NCBI GenBank assembly: GCA_965224085.1
Contig: CBDCYI010000011.1
Location: forward strand, 992,001-1,056,000
Length of the DNA: 64,000 bases
Source: Candidatus Marinacidobacterales bacterium
GTDB taxonomy: Bacteria; Acidobacteriota; Vicinamibacteria; Marinacidobacterales; SMYC01
Direction of reading: 5' to 3'
Part shown: piece by piece, positions 8,835-20,680 of the stretch
How the letters are laid out: each line of letters starts with the position of its first letter
Position numbering within the stretch: the first letter of the stretch is position 1
Position numbers and translations under genes: made by a program
The notes under the pieces: generated by a model
Database searches by the model: none
The model's input: the letters and a program-made list of their open reading frames with translations, nothing else
What the model was told of the DNA's origin: nothing

Positions 8835-10352
8835 ATGAGCCGTATCGAAGAGTTCGAAAAACGACTCCAAGCGGACCCGAACTCCCGGATGTTCGTTCAG
8901 CTCGCCGAGGAGTACCGCAAGGAGGGTCTTCTCGAGAACGCGGTCGAGATCTGCGAGGAGGGGCTGAAGAAGCACCCGCAATACCCCTCCGCTCGGGTAG
9001 CGCTCGGCCGCGCTCTACTCGAGTCTGAAAGCTTCGATCGGGCGGCCGAAGAGTTCGAGACCGTTCTTGCGCAGGTTCCCGACAATATCCTAGCCAACAA
9101 GTTTCTCGGCGAGACCTATCACCGAATGGGACGCTTGGACGAGGCGCTTCAAAAATATCAAATCGCCCAAACTCTAGCGCCCGAGGACACGGAGCTCGAG
9201 GGGAAGATCCAGGCGGCGCGAGACGAAAGCGCCGGCGGCGCGCCCGCCCCTCTTGCGCCGGAGACCCCGCCACCCCAGTTCCAAACACCCTCTTCGGCGG
9301 GCTCGCTGCCCGAGCCACCGGCGATGCCTTCGATGCCTCAAATGCCTCAAATGCCTCAAATGCCTCCAATGCCTCCAGTGCCTCCAGTGCCTCCAGTGCC
9401 TCCAGAGGAAGAAGCCCTCGATTCCACGTTCGCGGATCCTGCCGGGGCATCGGGCCTACCTAGCCTGGAAGCGCCCGTGCCCGAACGGCCTGCGGAAACG
9501 TTCTTTGAAGGGGAGCTCCCGCCTGTGGCGCCCGAGGACCGCGCACCGGAACCTGAACCGGAGCCCGAACTGGCGCCGATCCCACTCGTGGACGTGACCG
9601 AGCCGATGGTTCTGGAAGGGCCAGCCTATGCGGCGGCGGACACGGCCCTCGAACGCCCTGAAAGCGAAACCGTCTCGACTCCCGCGCCTGAACCTTTGGA
9701 GGCCACTCCCGACGGGGAGGAGGTTTTCGAGTTAGCTGGGGACGAGCCGGAGTCTCCGCCGCCCGAACCGGCACGCGTTCAAGAACCGTTCCTGGCAGCC
9801 CCAGAGCCGCCATCCCCGCCGCTAGAGCCGGCGCCCGCAATGGATGCAGACGAGCTCGGCGCACCGCTTCCGCAAGAACCGTTCCTGGCAGCCCCAGAGC
9901 CGCCATCCCCGCCGTTAGAGCCGGCGCCCGCAATGGGGTCTGCAGACGAGCTCGGCGCACCGCTTCCGCAAGAACCGTTCCTCGCAGCCCCAGAGCCGCC
10001 ATCCCCGCCGCTCGAGCCGGGGCCCGCAGTGGGGTCTGCAGACGAGGTCGGGACACCGCTTCCGATAATGGACGAGATCGAAACGCCGACGATGGCTGAG
10101 CTTTATGCTTCGCAGGGTCACTTCGATCGTGCGGTCGCGGTCTATAGAAACCTTCTCGTTCGCAGCCCAAACGAGACACCATATCGGGAACGGATCGAAG
10201 AACTGGAAATGCTGGCGAGTGCAGCGGCCCTTCCGAAAGCGCGTGCACCTCACTCAGAGTCTCGAGATGGCCTCTCGGCTGAAGCCCGGCAAAATACGAT
10301 CGAAATCCTGGATGAGTGGCTCGATGCCATTCGGAGGTCAAGGGAGGCGTGA
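8835..10352 (+). CDS. TPR protein with long Pro/Glu-rich repetitive linker and C-terminal TPR (TMAELYASQG)
   Basis: N-terminal TPR-like helices; low-complexity linker; directly upstream of the roadblock gene. Confidence 0.85.
   Translation: MSRIEEFEKRLQADPNSRMFVQLAEEYRKEGLLENAVEICEEGLKKHPQYPSARVALGRALLESESFDRAAEEFETVLAQVPDNILANKFLGETYHRMGRLDEALQKYQIAQTLAPEDTELEGKIQAARDESAGGAPAPLAPETPPPQFQTPSSAGSLPEPPAMPSMPQMPQMPQMPPMPPVPPVPPVPPEEEALDSTFADPAGASGLPSLEAPVPERPAETFFEGELPPVAPEDRAPEPEPEPELAPIPLVDVTEPMVLEGPAYAAADTALERPESETVSTPAPEPLEATPDGEEVFELAGDEPESPPPEPARVQEPFLAAPEPPSPPLEPAPAMDADELGAPLPQEPFLAAPEPPSPPLEPAPAMGSADELGAPLPQEPFLAAPEPPSPPLEPGPAVGSADEVGTPLPIMDEIETPTMAELYASQGHFDRAVAVYRNLLVRSPNETPYRERIEELEMLASAAALPKARAPHSESRDGLSAEARQNTIEILDEWLDAIRRSREA
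9324..9404 (+). repeat. 9 x 9-bp tandem repeat (ATGCCTCAA/GTGCCTCCA) encoding MPQ/MPP/VPP
   Basis: Read directly from sequence. Confidence 0.95.
9780..10064 (+). repeat. Three tandem 93/96/96-bp repeats encoding QEPFLAAPEPPSPPLEP...PLP
   Basis: Units start at 9780, 9873 and 9969 and are near-identical. Confidence 0.95.
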
Positions 10353-10724
10353 TTGGTTTTCGCTGAAGTCCTGAACGACGTCACCTCGAAAATTGAAGGT
10401 TGTATCGGTATCGTCGACATGGGTATGGATGGAATTCCAATCGAGCGGTACCAACCGCCGAAAGCCATCGAAGGCGCGCCGAATTTCGACATGTTGGCGA
10501 CCGAATGCACGAGCCTGCTGCGAACGACCCGCCAAGCCTCTCAGGAAGTCAGTGCGGGTGGGCTGCGGGAGCTCATCTTTATGACCGAAAAAGTCGTCGT
10601 CCTTACCGTTGCGATCACCGAGGACTATGTTCTCTTCGCGGCCGTAGAAAGCGGCACCAACTACGGTAAGGCCCGGTTCCATATGAAGAGGGCCGCGATG
10701 ACCTTAGAAAAAGAATTTCTTTAG
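10353..10724 (+). CDS. Roadblock/LC7 domain protein, MglC-like
   Basis: MGMDGIPIE and NYGKARF motifs; position between pilQ and accB-accC resembles the Myxococcus mglC locus. Confidence 0.8.
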   Translation: MVFAEVLNDVTSKIEGCIGIVDMGMDGIPIERYQPPKAIEGAPNFDMLATECTSLLRTTRQASQEVSAGGLRELIFMTEKVVVLTVAITEDYVLFAAVESGTNYGKARFHMKRAAMTLEKEFL

Positions 10725-10816
10725 CCAGAGCATTCGGCATTCAGCGTCTATCCTCAGTGGTCGCTTCCAGCTTCATGTGCTACATTCCTGGTTCTTGACT
10801 TAGGGAGACCACTGTA

Positions 10817-11260
10817 TTGAATCTCAATCTCTCAGAATTGAAAGAGCTTTTTGAGCTCATTGCGGAACGGGACATCACGGAGTTCGAGCTCGAAGAAGAA
10901 GGCGTGAGGCTTCGCATCATAAAAGGCGGAAGCCAGGCCCTCGCATTCGCGGGCGCTACTAGCGCAGCCGAGGCCGCTTCGACGCCCGCCGCTCCTCCGG
11001 CTGACGCAGCCGAAGAAGGCCTTTCGCTCGTGACCGCGCCGATGGTCGGGACGTTCTACTTGCAGCCCGAGCCTGGCGCCGAGCCCTTTGCCCGCAAAGG
11101 CGATCGTGTAGCCAAACGGCAAATACTCTGCATCATCGAAGCGATGAAGCTCATGAACGAGATCGAATCCGAGCTCTCGGGAGAGCTCGCCGAGATCTAC
11201 GTCGACAACGGCCAGCCCGTGCAATACGGGGACAAGCTGTTCGCGATCAGGGAGTCGTAG
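10817..11260 (+). CDS. accB: Acetyl-CoA carboxylase biotin carboxyl carrier protein
   Basis: APMVGTFY and EAMKLMNEI biotinylation motif. Confidence 0.96.
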   Translation: MNLNLSELKELFELIAERDITEFELEEEGVRLRIIKGGSQALAFAGATSAAEAASTPAAPPADAAEEGLSLVTAPMVGTFYLQPEPGAEPFARKGDRVAKRQILCIIEAMKLMNEIESELSGELAEIYVDNGQPVQYGDKLFAIRES

Positions 11261-11295
11261 CGCCGAGCTCCGACGGACGACGCGTCCGCGCCGCC

Positions 11296-12630
11296 ATGTT
11301 CAAGAAGGTTCTCATCGCCAATCGTGGAGAGATTGCGCTCCGCATCATCTCCGCGTGCCAAGAACTGGGCATCCCCACGGTGTCGGTCTACTCTGAGGCC
11401 GATGCTCACGCGCTTCACGTACGTTTCGCCGACGAGGCGGTCTGTATCGGTCCCGCCAATAGCGCAGAGAGCTATCTCAACGTTCCGCGCGTGCTTTCCG
11501 CAGCCGAAATCACGGGGGCCGACGCCGTTCATCCTGGCTACGGGTTTCTCGCCGAGAACGCGCATTTCGCGGAGGTCGCGGAAGCTTGTCGTGTGCGTTT
11601 CATCGGACCATCGCCGCATGCCATCCGTTTGATGGGGGACAAAGCGCTCGCCCGCGCCACCATGACGAAAGCCAAAGTGCCCGTGCTGCCCGGGTCGACG
11701 GGCGCTCTCGAAGGCGTCGACGACGCCGTCAAGACTGCGCAGAAAATAGGGTTTCCGGTAATGCTGAAAGCGGCTTCGGGTGGGGGCGGCAAGGGCATGC
11801 GCGTCGTCGGGAACGAAACCGATATCGGGAAAGCTTTTCTAGCGGCTCAAAAAGAAGCGGATGCAGCCTTTGGCGCGAACGAGATCTATGTCGAGAAGTT
11901 CTTGCCGAGCCCGCGTCACATCGAAATTCAACTCATGGCCGACAAGCACGGCACGACGGTGCATCTCGGCGAGCGCGAGTGCTCTATTCAGAGACGTCAT
12001 CAGAAGCTTCTCGAAGAGGCGCCGTCGGCCGCGGTCTCGCCACGGCTTCGGGAAAAGATGGGTCGTGTCGCCGTTTCTGCCGCGGCGGCTGTGGGCTACC
12101 ACGGTGCGGGAACAGTGGAATTCCTGCTGGACGAGGACGACCGCTTCTATTTCATGGAGATGAACACGCGTATCCAAGTCGAGCATGCCGTCACCGAGAT
12201 GGTGACCGGGATGGATTTGGTTAAGGATCAGATCCGGGTCGCGGCCGGCGAAGAGCTCGGTTATCTCCAAAAAAGCATCAACGCCCGGGGGGCGAGCATC
12301 GAGTGTCGGATTAACGCCGAGGATCCGGTCACGTTCATGCCGTCTCCGGGCACGATCCACGCCTTTCACTTCCCGGGCGGTCCCGGCGCGCGGGTCGACA
12401 CGGCCGCACACGCCGAGTGCGAGGTGCAGCCCTACTACGATTCGCTTATCGCCAAGCTCGTGGTGCAGGGGCGCGACCGTCAGGAAGCGATCGAGCGGAT
12501 GAAGCGCTGTCTTCATTTGACGGTCATCGAAGGCGTCAAGACGACGATCCCGCTCCACCTGCGGATCCTCGATGATCCCGACTTTAGGGCGGGCCGGTAT
12601 AACACCCGTTTTCTCGAGCGTTTTGCGTAG
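11296..12630 (+). CDS. accC: Biotin carboxylase
   Basis: [35 protein letters not shown]. Confidence 0.97.
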   Translation: MFKKVLIANRGEIALRIISACQELGIPTVSVYSEADAHALHVRFADEAVCIGPANSAESYLNVPRVLSAAEITGADAVHPGYGFLAENAHFAEVAEACRVRFIGPSPHAIRLMGDKALARATMTKAKVPVLPGSTGALEGVDDAVKTAQKIGFPVMLKAASGGGGKGMRVVGNETDIGKAFLAAQKEADAAFGANEIYVEKFLPSPRHIEIQLMADKHGTTVHLGERECSIQRRHQKLLEEAPSAAVSPRLREKMGRVAVSAAAAVGYHGAGTVEFLLDEDDRFYFMEMNTRIQVEHAVTEMVTGMDLVKDQIRVAAGEELGYLQKSINARGASIECRINAEDPVTFMPSPGTIHAFHFPGGPGARVDTAAHAECEVQPYYDSLIAKLVVQGRDRQEAIERMKRCLHLTVIEGVKTTIPLHLRILDDPDFRAGRYNTRFLERFA

Positions 12631-12634
12631 CCAG

Positions 12635-13279
12635 GTGCGGTTCTCGCCCCTTTACCCAATCTTGGATGCGGGGCCATCTGGATTTGAAACGACGACTTGG
12701 TTTTGCGACGCGATTGGCTCGCTTGGGAAGGCTGGGTGCCGCCTCGTCCAACTTCGAGCGAAAGAATTACGCACTGGGGAGCTTTTGGCCTGGGCGAAAG
12801 CGGGCGTTGCCGCCGCCCGGCGCCACGGCGTGGCCCTGATCGTGAACGATCGTGCCGACGTCGCCCTGTTATCAGGGGCTTCAGGCGTGCATATCGGCCA
12901 AGACGATATTTCTGTTTCGGCAGTCCGCCGCGTCCTTGGAAACGAGGCGATCGTTGGGCTGTCGACGCACTCGCTCGAACAAGCGAAAGACGCGGATGCG
13001 AAGGCCGTGGACTACGTGGCGATTGGCCCGGTTTTCGCGACGAAGACGAAGTCGGGTGCTGTGACGCCTCTCGGCCTTTCGGCTGTGTGCAAAGTGCGTC
13101 GCGCGGTCCAAAAGCCGCTGGTTGCCGTCGGCGGTATAACCATCGAGCGAGCCCGCGAGCTCCTCGAGGTCGGCGTCGACGGGGTTGCGGTGATCTCGGG
13201 TTTGAAGAACAGTGACATAAGCCTCGAAGAGCAGGCGCGGCGCTGGCTCTCGATCAAGCAAGGCGAGGAGGGTTCGTGA
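12635..13279 (+). CDS. thiE: Thiamine-phosphate synthase
   Basis: VQLRAK, IVNDRADVA, GVHIGQDD, GLSTH, GPVFATKTK. Confidence 0.92.
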   Translation: MRFSPLYPILDAGPSGFETTTWFCDAIGSLGKAGCRLVQLRAKELRTGELLAWAKAGVAAARRHGVALIVNDRADVALLSGASGVHIGQDDISVSAVRRVLGNEAIVGLSTHSLEQAKDADAKAVDYVAIGPVFATKTKSGAVTPLGLSAVCKVRRAVQKPLVAVGGITIERARELLEVGVDGVAVISGLKNSDISLEEQARRWLSIKQGEEGS

Positions 13280-14193
13280 CGGCTAGTTTGTTGGATGGAA
13301 AACGGGTAGCCCAAGAGATCCGCGACGAGGTCAAAGTGGGCGCCAAGCCGCTGGTCGAAAAGGGTATCACTCCGTGTTTGGCGGCGGTGCTCGTCGGCGC
13401 CAATCCGGCATCAGAGCTCTACGTGAACCGCAAGACGAAAGCGTGCCGAGAAGCCGGGCTTTTCTCGGAGGCCGTGCTACTGCCGACGCAGACGACGCGC
13501 GAGGAGCTCGCCAGCAAGCTGAATGAGTTCAACGAGCGCGATGATATCGACGGGATCTTGTTGCAGCTTCCATTGCCAGACCATCTGGACGCGACGGAGT
13601 TTCTCGATCGTATCCATCCTTCGAAGGATGTTGATGGGTTTCATCCCGAGAACGTTGGCAAGCTCGTCCAGAAACGTCCCGGCCCGCAGCCGTGCACGCC
13701 GGCGGGTGTGATGGAGCTTCTGCGCCGGGAGAACATCGAATTGTCGGGTAAACGCGCCGTCATCGTCGGCAGGAGCGAGATCGTGGGAAAGCCGATGGCG
13801 ATATTGATGACCCACGCGAACGCGACCGTTACCGTGTGCCATTCCCGGACGAAGGACCTTCCCAGTGTCACGCGCGAGGGAGAGATCCTCGTTGCGGCGA
13901 TGGGGCGTCCCGCGATCATTCGCAAGGAGTTCATCCGGCCCGGCGCCATCGTCATCGACGTAGGTATGAACCGCGCCGAGACAGCGGAGCAGGTCAAAGA
14001 CTTTTTCGGCGACGACGAAAAACGGATGGCCACGTTCGAGAAAAGAGGCTCGACCCTCGTGGGCGACGTCCATCCGAGAGATGCGATGGAAGTCGCCTCT
14101 GCCATTACGCCCGTCCCTGGGGGCGTAGGCCCTTTGACGATCGCCATGTTGCTCGCCAACACACTCGTGCTCTGCAAGGCGCGCCGCGAGTGA
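13276..14193 (+). CDS. folD: Bifunctional methylenetetrahydrofolate dehydrogenase/cyclohydrolase
   Basis: KDVDGFHP, PCTPAG, GRSEIVGKP, TPVPGGVGPLT. Confidence 0.97.
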   Translation: MTASLLDGKRVAQEIRDEVKVGAKPLVEKGITPCLAAVLVGANPASELYVNRKTKACREAGLFSEAVLLPTQTTREELASKLNEFNERDDIDGILLQLPLPDHLDATEFLDRIHPSKDVDGFHPENVGKLVQKRPGPQPCTPAGVMELLRRENIELSGKRAVIVGRSEIVGKPMAILMTHANATVTVCHSRTKDLPSVTREGEILVAAMGRPAIIRKEFIRPGAIVIDVGMNRAETAEQVKDFFGDDEKRMATFEKRGSTLVGDVHPRDAMEVASAITPVPGGVGPLTIAMLLANTLVLCKARRE

Positions 14194-14215
14194 GAACGTC
14201 GAGAACGTCGAGACC

Positions 14216-14839
14216 ATGCTCGCAATCGGGCTGACGGGCGGGATAGCGAGCGGCAAATCCGTCGTTCGCCACCGCCTAGAAGAACGTGGCGTCGAAACAC
14301 TTGACGCCGACCGAGTCGTCCACGATCTCTTCGTTGCCGGAACCGAGGTCACCGAATCCCTCAAAGGTCGCTTCGGCCGCGACATCGTGACACCAAGCGG
14401 ATCGATCGACCGCAAAACCCTGGGCGCCATCGTCTTCAAAGACGAAAAAGCCCGAAAAGATCTCGAAGCCCTCATCCACCCACCCGTCCAAAAAGCAATC
14501 GAAGCGTTCCTGAAGGAGTCGAGAACGAAGGGCGAGGCCCTAGCTGTCGTCGACGCCGCCCTGATGTACGAAACCGGCTCCTACATACGCTACGACGTAA
14601 TCGTCGTCGCCCACTGCTCGAGCGCCGTGCAAAAAGAAAGGCTCATGCAACGAGACCACCTGAGCTCCGAGGAAGCCGATAAAAGAATCGCCGCCCAGCT
14701 GCCAATCGAAGAGAAAAAGCGGCGAGCGGACTACGTCATCGACACAAGCGCCACAATGGCCGAGACGTTGAAACGAACCGACGAGGTCCTCAAGCATCTC
14801 CTGGCGAAAACCAGGTCACCAGGTGCCGGTAGCCGGTAG
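14216..14839 (+). CDS. coaE: Dephospho-CoA kinase
   Basis: GLTGGIASGKS, DAD, IHP, RIAAQ motifs. Confidence 0.95.
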   Translation: MLAIGLTGGIASGKSVVRHRLEERGVETLDADRVVHDLFVAGTEVTESLKGRFGRDIVTPSGSIDRKTLGAIVFKDEKARKDLEALIHPPVQKAIEAFLKESRTKGEALAVVDAALMYETGSYIRYDVIVVAHCSSAVQKERLMQRDHLSSEEADKRIAAQLPIEEKKRRADYVIDTSATMAETLKRTDEVLKHLLAKTRSPGAGSR

Positions 14840-14860
14840 CAAACACCGAATCACGGTTCA

Positions 14861-15114
14861 ACGTTAATTCCACCCGTCCTCATCTCGTCCGTTATGCTTC
14901 CTGAACTCACCGCCAGATATCCTCGGGCCCAGAAGTGCCGGCCCCAAAACTTCTTCCTCTTCGGGAGCTTATTCCTTTTAGCCACTGCACGGTACTCAAG
15001 GCCTGGAGGAACAGGACGTGGTCGCGTGCAACCTTACCCGAGATTATCATGTTCCATCCGATTCCTGACAGTGCGGACACCGCCAGCAGCGACCACAATA
15101 CCAATCCGGTTCAA
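14861..15114 (-). mobile_element. Scrambled/partial IS200 copy interleaved with duplicated lapB 3' sequence
   Basis: Blocks matching tnpA of copies A/B (e.g. 14881-14959) separated by deletions; abuts a TTAG target (15115-15118, minus strand). Confidence 0.8.
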
Positions 15115-16289
15115 CTAATTCCACCCGCTCTTCCACGAACGTATTCCATTCCTGACAGTGCGGACACCGCCAGAGGATCCCGTTCGCGATAGTTGCACTT
15201 GATGCACACGTAGGGATCGAGAAAGTAGGCGGAACGTGAGACCTCTTCTAGATAGCTCGATATCCGATCCCGACGCTCGCTGCCTTCCGCGATCGACTTC
15301 CACACTTCCAGGTGGACGGCGAGCGCATGCGGATTGGCTCGGACGGCTTGAAGCCTGAGCTTGAAGGCTTCGTCGTGCGCACCGACTGCGCCTCGGAGCC
15401 GCGCGAGCGCCAGATGTGCGTGCGAGTCTTTGTCGTCGCGATCGATCACGCGCTGATAGAGCTCTTCCATGTTGCCCGAACGGTTGAGCTTTTCCCGGAC
15501 GCGCTCGAGCCGGTCGAAGACGAGATAGGCGAAGCGTGGATATGCGGTTGCGAAGGAGAGCCAGCGGGCCTCGGCTTGTTCGAGCTGCCCCTGTTCTTCG
15601 AGCATGTCGCCGTAATGGAGGTAAGGAGGAGGGAGTCGGGGTTCGGCTCGAATGGCCTCCTCGAAGCTGCGCGCGGCGCGCGAGCCGGCTTCACTCTGCC
15701 ACGCGGCTTGGCCGATCTGGTCAAGAAGAAACGCCCGGAGGGTGGAATCGGATTCGCCGGTTGCCCGGCTGAGCTTCTCCTCCATGCTCAACGCTCGTTC
15801 CCAGTCGTGCTCCTCTTCGTGGATTTTGGTGAGGTTCCGGAGAGCGTAAGCGTTTCTCGGTTCGAGCTCGACGACCTTCTGGAAAGTATCCATCGCTCGA
15901 TTGCGGAAGCCGGCTTTCTTGAAATCCATGCCGAGGCACAAAAGCGCATATGCCCTCTCGCTCGCCGAGATGCCCGGCCGATGCAGAATGCTCTGGTGGA
16001 TTTGAATGGCTCGCTCGATCTGACCTTTCTCGCGGAGCAGATTCCCTAGAATGAGATAAATCTCGATCGCGTCGGTGTTCTCCCGGGCGGCGTGGGTGAG
16101 CTCGGAAACAGCCTGATCGATTTGGCGCGATGCGAGAAAGTCGAGACCCAAAATATAGTGAATCGAAGCTAGTCCGCTCCGCCGTCGGGCTCGGTGCACG
16201 AAGAGTCGTCCAGGCCAGAAACGTCCGATCGCGATGCCAGCGGCGAGCGCCACGAGGATGACGAGGAGGGGCTGCTCCCCGACATTCAT
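15111..16289 (-). CDS. lapB: LPS assembly protein B (TPR + rubredoxin-like domain); apparent frameshift near 15185
   Basis: YILGLDFL, LGNLLREKGQIERAIQIHQS, LGMDFKKAG; first CxxC (CIKC) in frame, second (WRCPHCQEWNT) in a shifted frame. Confidence 0.88.
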   Translation of the reverse strand: MNVGEQPLLVILVALAAGIAIGRFWPGRLFVHRARRRSGLASIHYILGLDFLASRQIDQAVSELTHAARENTDAIEIYLILGNLLREKGQIERAIQIHQSILHRPGISASERAYALLCLGMDFKKAGFRNRAMDTFQKVVELEPRNAYALRNLTKIHEEEHDWERALSMEEKLSRATGESDSTLRAFLLDQIGQAAWQSEAGSRAARSFEEAIRAEPRLPPPYLHYGDMLEEQGQLEQAEARWLSFATAYPRFAYLVFDRLERVREKLNRSGNMEELYQRVIDRDDKDSHAHLALARLRGAVGAHDEAFKLRLQAVRANPHALAVHLEVWKSIAEGSERRDRISSYLEEVSRSAYFLDPYVCIKCNYRERDPLAVSALSGMEYVRGRAGGIS

Positions 16290-16660
16290 CAGGGACCGTC
16301 CGTGCTTCCGGGCTCGAGGCTATCAGGTAGTGGCCTCGATAGGTCAACGTCCGACAAAGGAAGCTTCCGAAGCTCCGCGATCTCGCTTTCGAGTCTTTCT
16401 ATCTTCTTGCGATGATCGCGTACGCGTCCACGAAGGCGAAACTGATTGGGAAGGGACAAGATGAACGAGAAAAGAAAACCGATGGTCAGAGCGCCGACCA
16501 GTGCCGCGGACAGAGGGAGCTCAAAAGTTCGGAGATGGGGGGTGAAATAGATGACGACCCCCTGATCGAAGTTAGACCAGATGAACACGGCGAGCGCGGC
16601 ACCAGTGAAGAGCAATGCAAAGACGACGACATAGACGACGATGGTTCGCATGATGCCCAT
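16289..16660 (-). CDS. lapA: LPS assembly protein A (LapA domain)
   Basis: Two TM helices plus C-terminal coiled coil, immediately upstream of lapB. Confidence 0.75.
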   Translation of the reverse strand: MGIMRTIVVYVVVFALLFTGAALAVFIWSNFDQGVVIYFTPHLRTFELPLSAALVGALTIGFLFSFILSLPNQFRLRGRVRDHRKKIERLESEIAELRKLPLSDVDLSRPLPDSLEPGSTDGP

Positions 16661-16663
16661 GGT

Positions 16664-17194
16664 CTACCTCAAGTAACTCCGAATGAGCTCTTCGAGCCGC
16701 TCTTGGCTCATGAGGATGAGCTCGACGAGCTCGCGCACGGCGCCATGACCACCGCGAGCTTGCGTCACATAGTCTACACGGGATCGGATCTCGAGGGGCG
16801 CGTCCGCCACCGTGGCGGCCAGGCCTACCCGGGAGAGCACAACGAGGTCCGGGAGGTCGTCGCCCATAAAGGCGACGTCCTCGAGCGAGAACGATTCCTG
16901 GCTCAACGCTTCGTGGAGCGCTTCGAGCTTGTCCGAAACGCCAAGCCGCACGAACGGCATCGAAAGCTCATGCGCGCGTGCTTCGACGATGGACGAGGAG
17001 CGGCCCGAGATAAGGCCGAGCTTGATCCCGGCTTTTTTGGCTAGAACGAGCCCGATGCCGTCGCGGGAGTGGAAGCGTTTCGACTCGCTCGCTCCGTCGG
17101 GGACGAAAGTCCCATCCGTGAGGACGCCGTCGACGTCGAGAAGGAGCATCTTGACGCTACGAGCCTTCTCACGAACGGCATCATCCATGACCAC
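16664..17194 (-). CDS. kdsC: KDO 8-phosphate phosphatase (HAD)
   Basis: LDVDGVLTDG, MGDDLPD, GGHGAVRE. Confidence 0.93.
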   Translation of the reverse strand: MVMDDAVREKARSVKMLLLDVDGVLTDGTFVPDGASESKRFHSRDGIGLVLAKKAGIKLGLISGRSSSIVEARAHELSMPFVRLGVSDKLEALHEALSQESFSLEDVAFMGDDLPDLVVLSRVGLAATVADAPLEIRSRVDYVTQARGGHGAVRELVELILMSQERLEELIRSYLR

Positions 17195-17200
17195 CGCCGG

Positions 17201-18160
17201 TCAAAAATAACGCCCCATTCGCCAAAGATCGTGCAGGTGTAAGGCGCCGATGAGCTTCCCGTTCTCGTCGGGTACCAGGATGACGGTGATCTTTTTCTGC
17301 TCCATCAACGCGAGGGCGGCCGTGGCGGCTTCATGCGGATCGACGGTGACGGGAGATCCAGTCATGCAGTGAGAGGCGCGTTTGTCGACGAGCCGGTCGT
17401 CCTTTTCGAGCTGGCGCCTCAAATCGCCGTCGGAGATGACGCCGAGAAGCTGGCCGTCGCCATCGACGACACTCGTGATGCCGAGCCCTTTGCGAGACAT
17501 TTCGTAGATGACTTCTCGCATCGGCGTTTCGGCTCGTACCCGCGGGACTTCGTCCCCCGAATGCATGACATCGGCGACGCGAAGAAGCTTGACTCCGAGC
17601 TGACCTCGTGGATGGAGCTCTCTGAAGTCGTTCTCGGTGAAGCCTTTGCGCTCGAGGACCGCCATCGCGAGCGCGTCGCCAAGCGCGAGCGATGCGGTCG
17701 TGCTCGCGGTGGGCGCGAGTCGCAGGGGGCAGGCCTCTTCCGCGACGGAGACGTCGAGCACGACATCTGCAACCTCGGCGAGGGGCGATGCCGTATCACC
17801 GAGAAACGCGATGAGCGGCGTCCTTAGCCGCTTGATGGGCTCGACGAGATGGAGCAGCTCCCGCGTTTTTCCGCTATTCGAGACCGCTAGGACGACGTCT
17901 CCGGAAACCACCATCCCGAGGTCGCCGTGGACCGCCTCGGCGGGATTCAAATAGAGTGACGGGGTTCCGGTGCTGTTGAGTGTCGCCGCGATCTTGCGGC
18001 AGACAATTCCGGATTTACCCATGCCGGTGACGACGACGCGGCCTCCGCAGTCATGAACGAGAGCGACCGCCTCGTCGAAGCGCTCGTCGAGCCGCTCGCT
18101 CAAAGCGCGGATGGCGTCGGCCTCCACTTGCAGGACGCGTCGCGCTAGAGAAAGGGTCAC
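17201..18160 (-). CDS. kdsD: Arabinose-5-phosphate isomerase KpsF/GutQ (SIS + CBS)
   Basis: TGMGKSG, EAVHGDLG, APTASTT, HPRGQLG, CBS pair. Confidence 0.95.
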   Translation of the reverse strand: MTLSLARRVLQVEADAIRALSERLDERFDEAVALVHDCGGRVVVTGMGKSGIVCRKIAATLNSTGTPSLYLNPAEAVHGDLGMVVSGDVVLAVSNSGKTRELLHLVEPIKRLRTPLIAFLGDTASPLAEVADVVLDVSVAEEACPLRLAPTASTTASLALGDALAMAVLERKGFTENDFRELHPRGQLGVKLLRVADVMHSGDEVPRVRAETPMREVIYEMSRKGLGITSVVDGDGQLLGVISDGDLRRQLEKDDRLVDKRASHCMTGSPVTVDPHEAATAALALMEQKKITVILVPDENGKLIGALHLHDLWRMGRYF

Positions 18161-19005
18161 GGTGAACCGCTCGTATCGAGCGCGCGCTCGATCGCGACCA
18201 GCCGTCCGAGAATCTCTGCGAGATCTTCGAGCGGGCAGCTGTTCGGGCCGTCGGACTTGGCGTGCTCCGGACGGTCGTGGACTTCCATGAAGATCGCGTC
18301 GACGCCGCAGGCGACACCTGCCGCGGCGAGCTCGCGAATGTATCGCGCCTGGCCGCCCGAGGACTTCCCGGCGCCGCCGGGAAGTTGCAAGCTGTGGGTG
18401 ACGTCAAAAACGAGCGGGGTGCCGCTCTCCCGTATGATCGGGAATCCGCGCATGTCCACGACGAGGTTGTTGTAGCCGAAGGTCGTGCCCCGCTCGGTGA
18501 CGAGAACGTTCGGGTTACCCGTACTCTTGGCTTTTTTTGCCGCGTGTGCGATATCCCACGGCGCGAGGAACTGCCCTTTCTTGATATTGACGGCCTTGCC
18601 CGTAGCGGCAGCGTCGAGAAGAAGATCCGTTTGTCGGCACAAGAAGGCCGGGATCTGCAGCAGCTCGCAAACCTCGCCGATGGGCCCGGCTTGCTCGCGC
18701 TCGTGCACGTCGGTCGTTACCGGTATCCGGAAGCGCTCGCGCACACCCTCGAGGATCTCGAGCCCGTGCTCGAGGCCAGGTCCGCGAAAGCCGTCGATCG
18801 CGGTGCGATTGGCTTTGTCGAAGGAGGCTTTGAAAATGTAGGGAATCCCGAGAGGTTCGCAAATGGCCTGGATCTGCTCGGCCATGAAGAATGGGTGCTC
18901 GTCGCTCTCGATGACGCAAGGGCCGGCGATAAGCGCGAAGCGTCGCCCGCCGCCGATTTCGACAGAGCCGACATGAACGGCCTCAGTACGGATCGGGTGC
19001 GGCAT
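18157..19005 (-). CDS. kdsA: KDO 8-phosphate synthase
   Basis: AGPCVIES, KASFDKANRT, QIPAFLCRQTDL, KKGQFL. Confidence 0.97.
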   Translation of the reverse strand: MPHPIRTEAVHVGSVEIGGGRRFALIAGPCVIESDEHPFFMAEQIQAICEPLGIPYIFKASFDKANRTAIDGFRGPGLEHGLEILEGVRERFRIPVTTDVHEREQAGPIGEVCELLQIPAFLCRQTDLLLDAAATGKAVNIKKGQFLAPWDIAHAAKKAKSTGNPNVLVTERGTTFGYNNLVVDMRGFPIIRESGTPLVFDVTHSLQLPGGAGKSSGGQARYIRELAAAGVACGVDAIFMEVHDRPEHAKSDGPNSCPLEDLAEILGRLVAIERALDTSGSP

Positions 19006-19012
19006 TCGGCAT

Positions 19013-20680
<1,668 letters not shown>

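Noticed and set aside
9780-10064. Direct repeats resembling a CRISPR array
   Set aside because: No unique spacers, in-frame coding units, no cas genes.
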